From contig JBFFSH010000083.1 in NCBI GenBank assembly GCA_041572575.1, positions 1 to 11,231 on the forward strand: a stretch of DNA of 11,231 bases, read 5' to 3'. Below are positions 1 to 7,578 of this stretch, in pieces; within the stretch, counting starts at the first letter, position 1, and every line of letters begins with the position of its first letter. Source of the stretch: Thermodesulfobacteriota bacterium (GTDB taxonomy: Bacteria; Desulfobacterota_D; UBA1144; Nemesobacterales; N074bin48). Made by a program: the position numbers and the translations under genes. The notes under the pieces were generated by a model, which worked only from the letters and a program-made list of their open reading frames with translations, was not told the DNA's origin and ran no database searches.

Positions 1-141
1 GTAAGGAGGGTTTTAATATGCCTAGTCATTTAAATGTCCCCACGAAATATTGGGAACTCACAAAGGAGGTTCCACCTCCTCCTATAGAGAGAGACATAAA
101 ATCCTGGATTATTGCTAATCCATCAGATCCACTATGGGATA
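1..141. repeat. Terminal direct repeat, copy 1 (circularisation overlap)
   Basis: Identical to 11091-11231 (GTAAGGAGGG...ACTATGGGATA), 141 bp. Confidence 0.97.
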
Positions 142-995
142 TCGATGTTCTTCCTCTCACATATACAGACAGCCGTTGGTCAGCTTTTGTTGTCAGGGTT
201 GATGAGCCTACAAGAAGGCGTCTAGTACCTGATCCACCTCTCGATCTATGGGATGGAGAAAACGCAGACTTAGTTGAATACTGGTATGTAGACCACAAGA
301 ACACAATGCTTGGTCCATATCTCGAATTTGGTGTAACAGTTTCAACCAGCTATAAAGATCCTAAAGGTAATGTGTGGAGAGCTGGTTATTATCCATATAT
401 GTATCTTACTGGTGATGCACCAGTAGATGCTGGTCGTGTACTCGGATTTCCAAAGAAAATGTCATATATCAGATGCACAGTTCACGGTGGAGAAAAAGGA
501 ACCGACTTTTTTGGCTTTGCAATGTCCCGTAACGGATATTTACTACACAGTGCTACAGGTCAGTTCGACGATAAGCAGGTAACCCCTCCATATTTCTATG
601 GAAAGACCGATTGGGGTAAATTTAACATGAAGGTTATCACAAGACCAGACGTATCTAGCTCCGAATGGCAGCTAACATACCTACCTTCAGAGCTTCCTGG
701 TGCTATGAAGGAAATGATTCAGGGTCACCGTTTTAAAATTAAACCTGAACATACCCGTACAGCTTCTGGCGATGCTATTAACTGGTTTGCTCAGGCAACA
801 CCTTTTGATAACATGGGTGCAGAGATCAAGATTCAGGAAGTTACAGGTCTTATTTCATTTGTATTTGATCTAGTTATTCCTCCAGCAGTTGTTCTTTGGA
901 CAGAGACATATGAGCGTCCAGCCAGCTATAGAGGATATGCAACACCATACAAGTATGGACTACGTCAGCAGTTCCCAATCAGTCAGGGATCATAA
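18..995 (+). CDS. Acetoacetate decarboxylase-like superfamily protein (paralogue 1)
   Basis: 325 aa ORF with RBS AAGGAGG at 3-9. Contains the family motifs GPYLEFG and GRVLGFPKK (Schiff-base Lys), plus an N-terminal extension. Confidence 0.85.
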   Translation: MPSHLNVPTKYWELTKEVPPPPIERDIKSWIIANPSDPLWDIDVLPLTYTDSRWSAFVVRVDEPTRRRLVPDPPLDLWDGENADLVEYWYVDHKNTMLGPYLEFGVTVSTSYKDPKGNVWRAGYYPYMYLTGDAPVDAGRVLGFPKKMSYIRCTVHGGEKGTDFFGFAMSRNGYLLHSATGQFDDKQVTPPYFYGKTDWGKFNMKVITRPDVSSSEWQLTYLPSELPGAMKEMIQGHRFKIKPEHTRTASGDAINWFAQATPFDNMGAEIKIQEVTGLISFVFDLVIPPAVVLWTETYERPASYRGYATPYKYGLRQQFPISQGS

Positions 996-1052
996 TAGTA
1001 GTTTCTTGTATAAACATAAATATCGAAAAAAAAGATTCAGGAGGTTATAACA

Positions 1053-2024
1053 ATGGGTTTACATGCTAATGAATATAGTTATCCATGGTTGGCAGAAGGT
1101 GAAGTTCCACCTCTACCAATGGATAGAGACAGAATACACATCATAAGTCAGGGTGTTATCGACCCAGTATTTGACTATGATATTATTCCATTGACTTATA
1201 CAGAAAGCCGCTGGATGGCATATTGTATCAGAGCTGATATAAATGCTATGAAAGCTATCGTTCCAGAACCAATCGAAGTACAAGACGATGTAATCGAGTT
1301 CTGGTATGTAATTCACAGAAACACAATGCTTGGACCATACATGGAATTTGGTGTAACTTTTTCAGCTACAGTAGATGATGGTTCAGGACATATTTACAAA
1401 GCTGGTTATTATCCATATATGTATCTCTCAAATGACTCACCAATCTTTGCAGGTAAAGAGCCATTTGGATTTCCAAAGAAAGCAGCTTATATCGCTGGTT
1501 TCGAGCATGGAACAAACAATAACTACTTCAACCATCTAATGGAACGTCGTGGTTATATACTACATACAGCGAATGGTCGCTATTCAGACAAACCACTTTC
1601 AGTTAAACCTACATTTTATGGCAAAACTGACTGGGGTAGAATGAACTATCGTATTACCACAAGACCAGATGTATCAAATAGTATCCATGAAGTAACATAT
1701 CTCCCATCTGAGCTGCCTCCAGGATTTGGAACAGGACATAGATTCCAGTTAGATCCTCAGAGTATCCGTACAGCTACAGGCGATGATATTCGTTCTTGGT
1801 ACATGTCAGGTACTCCATTTGACTTCATGGGTGGTCAGATACCTGCAACAGAGATTGTTGGTCTTATCAGTTTTACATTTAACTTGATCATTCCACCAGC
1901 TGCTACAATCTGGACAAGAACTGTAGAAAGAGGCGAAGCAGATTTCGGACAGATTCTATATTCAAAACCATTTGAATATACAATGCGTCATCGTTTCTTA
2001 CTACCACAGTACAGCCAGGCTTAA
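1053..2024 (+). CDS. Acetoacetate decarboxylase-like superfamily protein (paralogue 2)
   Basis: 323 aa ORF with RBS AGGAGG upstream. Motifs GPYMEFG and GKEPFGFPKK. Shares NTMLGPY, AGYYPYMYL, FYGKTDWG, TRPDVS and TYLPSELP with paralogue 1. Confidence 0.85.
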   Translation: MGLHANEYSYPWLAEGEVPPLPMDRDRIHIISQGVIDPVFDYDIIPLTYTESRWMAYCIRADINAMKAIVPEPIEVQDDVIEFWYVIHRNTMLGPYMEFGVTFSATVDDGSGHIYKAGYYPYMYLSNDSPIFAGKEPFGFPKKAAYIAGFEHGTNNNYFNHLMERRGYILHTANGRYSDKPLSVKPTFYGKTDWGRMNYRITTRPDVSNSIHEVTYLPSELPPGFGTGHRFQLDPQSIRTATGDDIRSWYMSGTPFDFMGGQIPATEIVGLISFTFNLIIPPAATIWTRTVERGEADFGQILYSKPFEYTMRHRFLLPQYSQA

Positions 2025-2040
2025 TTAATTGAAAACAACG

Positions 2041-2071
2041 GATAGAAGCACTAATAGTGCTTCTATCTTTT
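2041..2071 (+). terminator. Rho-independent terminator of the adc-like pair
   Basis: GATAGAAGCACT-AAT-AGTGCTTCTATC, a perfect 12-bp stem followed by TTTT, 16 nt after the stop codon. Confidence 0.85.
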
Positions 2072-2115
2072 AATTATTTGTCTGGATAGTAATTAAAACA
2101 GGTAGTTAAAAAATT

Positions 2116-2153
2116 AACCCCATTAGAACTATATAGCTCTAATGGGGTTTTTT
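2116..2153 (+). terminator. Second terminator-like hairpin
   Basis: AACCCCATTAGA-N10-TCTAATGGGGTT followed by a T run and preceded by an A run. Confidence 0.75.
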
Positions 2154-2284
2154 ATTGGTAAATACTAATTTCTATGTGCTAACCTCTTATCAACTCAATA
2201 AACAGCGTTAAAATAGCTTAAAATGAATCATTTGATATAGTTTTATATTATTTCTATCATATCGCGAACACAAGGAGTACATAT

Positions 2285-2497
2285 ATGAAAGTTGTAAGTC
2301 CAGCAGGGGATTTTGAGATAACAATAGAGGATTCTTCAGTAGAACAGGATTCTATTGTGTTAAAAGGGCAAATGGGGGTATGGGATTCCAAGATTTACCT
2401 AAAGCCAAGCGACCTATTTATATTCGCATCGATGTTAATAAGACCTGCTATTATAGTATTTTTATTAAAATATCCGTTTAAACAGATCTTTAAATAA
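2285..2497 (+). CDS. Small hypothetical protein with a hydrophobic C-terminal segment
   Basis: 70 aa ORF with RBS AAGGAG at 2272-2277. Fills the intergenic gap and is followed by a terminator. Confidence 0.7.
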   Translation: MKVVSPAGDFEITIEDSSVEQDSIVLKGQMGVWDSKIYLKPSDLFIFASMLIRPAIIVFLLKYPFKQIFK

Positions 2498-2544
2498 AGG
2501 GGTGTTTTAAGTATAGGTCAAACAATAAATCTTTAATAGGAATA

Positions 2545-2573
2545 AAAAAAGGGGCATATAATGCCCCTTTTTT
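2545..2573. terminator. Bidirectional terminator between convergent genes
   Basis: AAAAAAGGGGCAT-ATA-ATGCCCCTTTTTT. Confidence 0.85.
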
Positions 2574-2617
2574 GGTTAAAACTTATATAAAAATAGTTTG
2601 ATATTATAAACTATATA

Positions 2618-3142
2618 TTATCCTGGTACTCCACCAAGTGGATTCCATTTTTCTGTGAGTAACAACATTCCTGGAATAAGAAGTGTTACTATGGACTCTA
2701 TAAGGAATAAATAAGCAACAAGTGTTGCTGTTCCTTTTCCTAGAGCAAGTGCTGTCCAAGCAAAGAAAACTAAAACAGCCCATGCAACAGAGAAACCAGC
2801 CATATAGTTAAGCCCTAATGAGCTGAAATGTGATGCGTACCATAGAAATACTATAGTAGCGAATAGGCAATACCAGCCTAAACCCTTACCATCGTGGCCG
2901 TGAATGAAAATTCCGGCTACCATAAAATAAATCAGTGCAAATACAGATACTAAAGCGGTAGCGGCTGTTAAACCGAGACCATGTAGCTGCCATGCAGCTA
3001 TTGAAATAATAATACCTACGCCAAGGTTTAATACACCAATCTCCTTAGCACCGGTTTTACCAAGAAGGGTCATCCCGTTTCCAAAGAAAACGAACCCTAC
3101 CAATAATAACACTAAACCAAGTAAAGCCTCTACAGGAACCAT
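2618..3142 (-). CDS. AmiS/UreI family membrane channel (urea or short-chain amide)
   Basis: 174 aa with about six hydrophobic helices. Family-like segments include LGLVLLLVGFVFFGNG, DGKGLGWYCLF, WAVL and TLLIPG. GGAG RBS upstream. Confidence 0.85.
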   Translation of the reverse strand: MVPVEALLGLVLLLVGFVFFGNGMTLLGKTGAKEIGVLNLGVGIIISIAAWQLHGLGLTAATALVSVFALIYFMVAGIFIHGHDGKGLGWYCLFATIVFLWYASHFSSLGLNYMAGFSVAWAVLVFFAWTALALGKGTATLVAYLFLIESIVTLLIPGMLLLTEKWNPLGGVPG

Positions 3143-3229
3143 ATCTCTCCATACCTCCTTTATTTATTTTCTTATGGTTTATAAGAGTTGTATGGTCACA
3201 AAAAGATACACTATAACCATTACTAGTAG

Positions 3230-3259
3230 CTTTTAGCACATTTCATATATAAATGTCAA
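3230..3259 (-). promoter_or_regulatory. Candidate sigma70 promoter of the AmiS/UreI gene
   Basis: Minus strand TTGACA (3259-3254), 18 bp spacer ending in TGC, then TAAAAG (imperfect extended -10). Confidence 0.4.
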
Positions 3260-3328
3260 GATGTTTTTTACTGTATATAGGAATTTGGGGTTGGAAAAAT
3301 TAAACTTAGTTTATATAAACAATGGAAG

Positions 3329-3365
3329 AAGTAACCAAGGAGTTCTAAAAGCTCCTTGGTTACTT
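3329..3365 (-). terminator. Hairpin terminator after the thiolase-DUF35-MaoC operon
   Basis: AAGTAACCAAGGAG (3329-3342) and CTCCTTGGTTACTT (3352-3365) form a perfect 14-bp inverted repeat just past the MaoC stop. Confidence 0.8.
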
Positions 3366-3380
3366 TAAAATATATAGTTT

Positions 3381-3833
3381 TTAAGATGATTCTTTTCTAT
3401 TTACCAAAATTACCCACTTACCTTTCTGTACTACTTCGTCTTTTTGGTTATGTACATTAACTTCAAAGATAAAAAATCCCATATTGGGGCGTTTATGTTC
3501 CCTCTTTTCTACTAATTTGCGCGTTATATGGATAGTATCTCCTGGGAATACGGCACCTGAGAAACGCCAGTCTTCGAGTCCCATAAAGGCCACTGTTGCA
3601 AGCCTTGGCATTGTAAACCAAAGACCAGTTGCAATAGAAGTTACCAGCATTCCATGGGCTACACGAGTTTTAAATACTGTCTTTTTAGCAAACTCTTCAT
3701 CTATGTGCATGTTATTATAATCTGCAGAAAGGCCCGCAAAATTAACAACATCTGCTTCGGTAACTGTTCTGCCGGAGCTTTTATGCTCAGCATCTACTTC
3801 TAAATCTTCATATAGAATACGATCTTGCGCCAT
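3381..3833 (-). CDS. MaoC-like (hot-dog fold) enoyl-CoA hydratase/dehydratase
   Basis: Motif FAGLSADYNNMHIDEEFAK...AHGML, with the catalytic Asp/His retained. Start moved from 3851 to the ATG at 3833 because RBS AAGGAG lies at 3848-3843 (150 aa). Confidence 0.88.
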   Translation of the reverse strand: MAQDRILYEDLEVDAEHKSSGRTVTEADVVNFAGLSADYNNMHIDEEFAKKTVFKTRVAHGMLVTSIATGLWFTMPRLATVAFMGLEDWRFSGAVFPGDTIHITRKLVEKREHKRPNMGFFIFEVNVHNQKDEVVQKGKWVILVNRKESS

Positions 3834-3858
3834 TACAATTATCTCCTTCAAGTATTAG

Positions 3859-4278
3859 TTATGCAGCAGGTTTAAACTTTGGAAGTGTAACTTCATCTGT
3901 TACATCATCAAATACAACCTCTACATCCATTCCCATATGAACATCGTTAGGATCACAATCAACTATATTTGTCATCATTTTTACACCTTCTTCTGTTTCA
4001 ACCAGTGCAACTACATATGGTCCATCACCTTTATAAGCCTTTGTTGGGCCCATATGATGAATTGAAAATGTCCAAACCTTTGCTTTTCCGCTTGCTTTAC
4101 TCCATTCTACCTCTGCCATATCATCTCCTGGAGAAAAAGCCCTGGGGTAGAAAAAGAATTTGTTAGTTTCTTTTGATTTTGGGAGCATTAATTCATGGTT
4201 TTTACATGCATCCCAAAAAGGTTTAGTTTCGGGTCGAAACTCTGGAAGTGGTTTATTGTATTTATTTTCTTCTGACAT
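3859..4278 (-). CDS. DUF35 (Zn-ribbon/OB-fold, acyl-CoA-binding) protein
   Basis: ETKPFWDA...FFYPR...SGKAKVWTFS...PYVVALVETEEG.KMMTNIV...GMDVEVVF. Lies directly downstream of the thiolase-fold gene, with AGGAGG RBS. Confidence 0.9.
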   Translation of the reverse strand: MSEENKYNKPLPEFRPETKPFWDACKNHELMLPKSKETNKFFFYPRAFSPGDDMAEVEWSKASGKAKVWTFSIHHMGPTKAYKGDGPYVVALVETEEGVKMMTNIVDCDPNDVHMGMDVEVVFDDVTDEVTLPKFKPAA

Positions 4279-4299
4279 ATTTAATTTCCTCCTAAATGA

Positions 4300-5511
4300 T
4301 TAAGAAAGCGCTTGGTTTCCAAGCAGTATGGTGCTGTGAGCAGAAACAATTCCTCCGTTTCCATGAACAAGGGCAACTTCGGCATTATCAACCTGTCTTG
4401 GTCCTGCCTCACCTCTAAGTTGTAGTGTAGCTTCTATTACGTGGTGCATCCCTCCTAAATGAGCTTGTGACAGTAGCCCTCCATTTGTATTCACAGGCAT
4501 ATCTTTTCCAATTTCCATGCGGCCTTCTAGTGCGAATGGTCCTGCTTCACCCTTACCAACAAACCCGAGACCTTCCATCTCTAGGGCAACTGTTATGGTA
4601 AAACAGTCATAAAGATATGCCAGGTTTATATCTTTTGGACCTATTCCCGCTGTATCGTATGCTTTCTTCCCAGATCTTTCTACTGCATTGTATATCTGGT
4701 CTAAATCTTGTAGTGTAGTTAGATACTGATGTGAATAGCCCTGTCCCATACCCCATAGGTATGCAAGTGGTTTTTCTATTCCAAGCTGTTTTGCTTTTTC
4801 TTCCGTTGTAACTATAAAAGCAGCACCACCATCGGAAATAATTGAACAATCATATTTGTGTAATGGTTCTGCGATAACCCTGGAGCTAAGAACATCATCT
4901 ATAGTAAGAGGCTCTTTATTCATAGCATTTTCTTTCAAAGCTGCATGCTTACGCATTGTTACTGCAATAGCTGCCAGGTGCTCTGAGGTTGCTCCATACT
5001 CATGCAGATACCTCTGTGCAGCAAGTGCATAACCACCTGGTGTTGTAAGTCCATATGGATACTCAAACTCTGCATGGCACATCTCTCTAATAAGCGCCAC
5101 CATACCGGAGGATGATATTCCTGAGAGTGTATTATCTCCTCTCACACAAAGCACAGCCTCGGCCTGTCCGGTAGCGATAGCCATAGCAGCCTCTGCTGCC
5201 ATCCACACTGCCGTAGAACCACCAATTGCTATAGATGAAAAGAATTTGGGGTTTAGTCCAAAATAATCTGCAAATGTAGTACAGTGCATGAATGTATGTT
5301 CAACAAGTGAAAATGCTGTTACTAGTCCGTCTACATCGGTCTTTTTAATTCCTGCATCTTCTATTGCAAGCTTTGATGCTTCGGAGAGGAAGTGAAATGA
5401 GCTTTTATTAGGGATCTTGCCCTGTTCGGTCTCACCTACTCCTGCAATAACGATTTTATTTTTTTTAAGTATTTCTCTGGCATCTTTAATGCCCGGGATT
5501 GTACTTGCCAT
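4300..5511 (-). CDS. Thiolase-superfamily protein, SCP-x/Ltp2-like (probable acyl-CoA aldolase)
   Basis: 403 aa with IAGVGET, DCSIISDGGAAFIVT, LYDCFT, VNTNGGLLSQAH and QLRGEAGPRQV. The nucleophile position reads IGGST, with no Cys. Confidence 0.88.
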   Translation of the reverse strand: MASTIPGIKDAREILKKNKIVIAGVGETEQGKIPNKSSFHFLSEASKLAIEDAGIKKTDVDGLVTAFSLVEHTFMHCTTFADYFGLNPKFFSSIAIGGSTAVWMAAEAAMAIATGQAEAVLCVRGDNTLSGISSSGMVALIREMCHAEFEYPYGLTTPGGYALAAQRYLHEYGATSEHLAAIAVTMRKHAALKENAMNKEPLTIDDVLSSRVIAEPLHKYDCSIISDGGAAFIVTTEEKAKQLGIEKPLAYLWGMGQGYSHQYLTTLQDLDQIYNAVERSGKKAYDTAGIGPKDINLAYLYDCFTITVALEMEGLGFVGKGEAGPFALEGRMEIGKDMPVNTNGGLLSQAHLGGMHHVIEATLQLRGEAGPRQVDNAEVALVHGNGGIVSAHSTILLGNQALS

Positions 5512-5557
5512 TACTACTACCCCCTTATCATATAGGATTTAATTTTCAAAGGCTCTT

Positions 5558-5585
5558 ATATTAAATTGACCTTTACAAAAGTCAA
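5558..5585 (-). promoter_or_regulatory. Candidate promoter with overlapping palindromic operator
   Basis: Minus strand TTGACT-16 bp-TAATAT. The inverted repeat TTGACCTTT-AC-AAAAGTCAA (5566-5585) covers the -35 element. Confidence 0.45.
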
Positions 5586-5655
5586 CCTTATCAGCTACTT
5601 AAGACACAATTGTATAAATTATACTTTTTGATGCATTCTAAAACAATACGAAGCT

Positions 5656-6798
5656 CTATATACCAAGTTCTCTTGAGATAACTATCCTCTGAACCTCTGA
5701 TGTGCCTTCAGTTAAAGATGCAAGCTTGGCGTCTCTATAATACCTCTCTACAGGGTACTCCACTCCATAACCATAACCCCCTAAAACCTGTACAGCCTCT
5801 GTAGCCACTTCCTGTACCACTTCTGCCGCGTAAAGCTTAGCCATGGATGCTTCTTTTATGCATTTTTTATCATTACTGTAAAGCCATGCAGCCTTATACA
5901 CCATAAGCCTAGCAGACTCTACCTTTACAGCCATATCTGCTAGTTTAAAGCTTATAGCCTGAAACTTGGAAATTGGTCTTCCAAACGCTTCTCTTTCTTT
6001 TGAATACTGCAGAGCATAATCAAGTGCCGCCTGAGCTATTCCCACCGATTTAGCAGCGTGAGTGATTCTTGCTCCAAGGAGAGTTCCCATAGCTCCACCA
6101 AATCCTCCTTGTCCTACCAAAAGATTCTCTTCGGGAACTTCACAGTTTTCAAATATTAGTTCTCCAGTGTCTGCAGCCTTATGGCCCAATTTATGTATTT
6201 TTGCCCCCACTTGGAAACCTGGCGAGTCCTTATCCACTATAAAAAGGCTTATACCCTCTCCTTTTTTTGTTTTATCTGTATATGCTGCCACTATTGCATA
6301 ATCACACATATTTCCATTAGTAATCCAGGTCTTTGTACCATTTAATATGTACTTGTCTCCCTCTTTTACAGCCTGTGTGCGTATACTTCTTGCATCAGAA
6401 CCTGCATTTGGCTCTGTAAGCCCCAAGGATCCTATGATCTTTCCCTCTATGCCTGGAATAAGATATTTTTCTTTTTGTGCATCTGTACCAAATTTATATA
6501 TTGGGAACATTGAAAGCCCAACATGTGCATTAATACACATGGTCATACCGGCATTTACCTTTCCCATTTCTTCAGAGAATATGCAGTCAGTAATCTTATC
6601 CATTCCTACTCCACCATACTCTTCTGGAAACACTATCCCCAAAAACCCCATTTCCCCCAACTTGGGAAATAGTTCTTTTGGAAAATCCTCTTTAGCTTCA
6701 TATTCTTCTATAAGAGGCTCCACCTCATTTGCAGCAAAATCCCTAATAGTATCCCTGAACATCTCTTGTTCTTCTGTAAATTCAAAATTGAGTGACAC
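5656..6798 (-). CDS. Acyl-CoA dehydrogenase
   Basis: 380 aa, GTG start with AGGAGG RBS. Motifs LTEPNAGSD, LNGTKTWITNG, REAFGRPI..FQ, QVLGGYGY and LTEGTSEVQR (catalytic Glu). Confidence 0.96.
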   Translation of the reverse strand: MSLNFEFTEEQEMFRDTIRDFAANEVEPLIEEYEAKEDFPKELFPKLGEMGFLGIVFPEEYGGVGMDKITDCIFSEEMGKVNAGMTMCINAHVGLSMFPIYKFGTDAQKEKYLIPGIEGKIIGSLGLTEPNAGSDARSIRTQAVKEGDKYILNGTKTWITNGNMCDYAIVAAYTDKTKKGEGISLFIVDKDSPGFQVGAKIHKLGHKAADTGELIFENCEVPEENLLVGQGGFGGAMGTLLGARITHAAKSVGIAQAALDYALQYSKEREAFGRPISKFQAISFKLADMAVKVESARLMVYKAAWLYSNDKKCIKEASMAKLYAAEVVQEVATEAVQVLGGYGYGVEYPVERYYRDAKLASLTEGTSEVQRIVISRELGI

Positions 6799-6940
6799 GG
6801 TTGTCCTCCTATTGTAATAAAGATTTAATTTGGCGGCTTGATTATATCACGTTTGTATAGACTGTGTAAATAGTACAGAAAATGTTATATAGTACCGTAT
6901 TTCGTAAATTCCGAGAAGTATATATAATTAAGCTGTATAT

Positions 6941-6968
6941 AATACCGTCTTTATACAAATATGGTATT
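6941..6968. other. Candidate tyrosine-recombinase crossover (resolution) site
   Basis: AATACCGTCTT-TATACA-AATATGGTATT: 11-bp inverted arms (9/11 match) around a 6-bp spacer, 15 bp upstream of the recombinase start. Confidence 0.5.
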
Positions 6969-6983
6969 CTTCAGTGAAAACCT

Positions 6984-7559
6984 ATGGCACAAAATTTACC
7001 GGAAACATTAAACTATCAAGAAAGGGAATTGCTACTTTCTCAGCCAAACCAAAAAGCCCCTACTGGCCTGAGAGATCTTGCCATGATAAGACTTATGATA
7101 AATGCTGGTCTGCGTTCTTGTGAAGTATTAAAAATGTTTATTGAAGATATAGACTGGATAAGTGGAAAACTTCACATAAAACAGGGAAAAGGTAAGAAGG
7201 ATAGAATAATATGGGTTAATGAAGAGGATTTAAACGTAATAAAAAAATGGAAAGAAATAAAGCCTAAAAGTCCTGTTTTGTTTACCACATTAAAAGGAGG
7301 ATGTATAAATGACAGATATTTGAGGGCTATGGTAAAAAGAAGAGCGCAAAATGCTGGAATCACTAAAAACGTGCACCCTCACTTACTGCGCCATACATTT
7401 GCAACCGATCTTTTAAGGTCTACAAAAAATATAAGGCTTGTTCAAAAAGCCCTTGGGCATGCAAACCTGTCATCGACCATGATTTATACCCATGTGTATG
7501 ATGAAGAGCTTGAAAGCGCATTAAAATCATTTAGGAATAGTAATTACCGCGGTAGTTAG
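6984..7559 (+). CDS. Tyrosine recombinase, catalytic domain only (probable plasmid resolvase)
   Basis: 191 aa with the full catalytic set: GLR (R), GKGKK (K), HLLRH (HxxR), LGH (H) and TMIYTH (Y). No N-terminal core-binding domain. Confidence 0.93.
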   Translation: MAQNLPETLNYQERELLLSQPNQKAPTGLRDLAMIRLMINAGLRSCEVLKMFIEDIDWISGKLHIKQGKGKKDRIIWVNEEDLNVIKKWKEIKPKSPVLFTTLKGGCINDRYLRAMVKRRAQNAGITKNVHPHLLRHTFATDLLRSTKNIRLVQKALGHANLSSTMIYTHVYDEELESALKSFRNSNYRGS

Positions 7560-7578
7560 TGCGGTAGCTACCTCGGTA
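7545..7578. repeat. Array of three 10-bp palindromes, 12-bp period (parS-like site 1)
   Basis: TACCGCGGTA (7545), TAGTGCGGTA (7557), TACCTCGGTA (7569). Confidence 0.8.

Noticed and set aside
5612..5624. GTATAA-A-TTATAC palindrome after the acyl-CoA dehydrogenase gene
   Set aside because: It is short and AT-rich, too weak for a terminator, and expected by chance at this base composition.
6984..7559. Integron integrase or chromosomal XerC/XerD
   Set aside because: It is too short, has no IntI-specific insertion, and no attC-like cassettes are visible. The cargo genes have mixed orientations and their own promoters.
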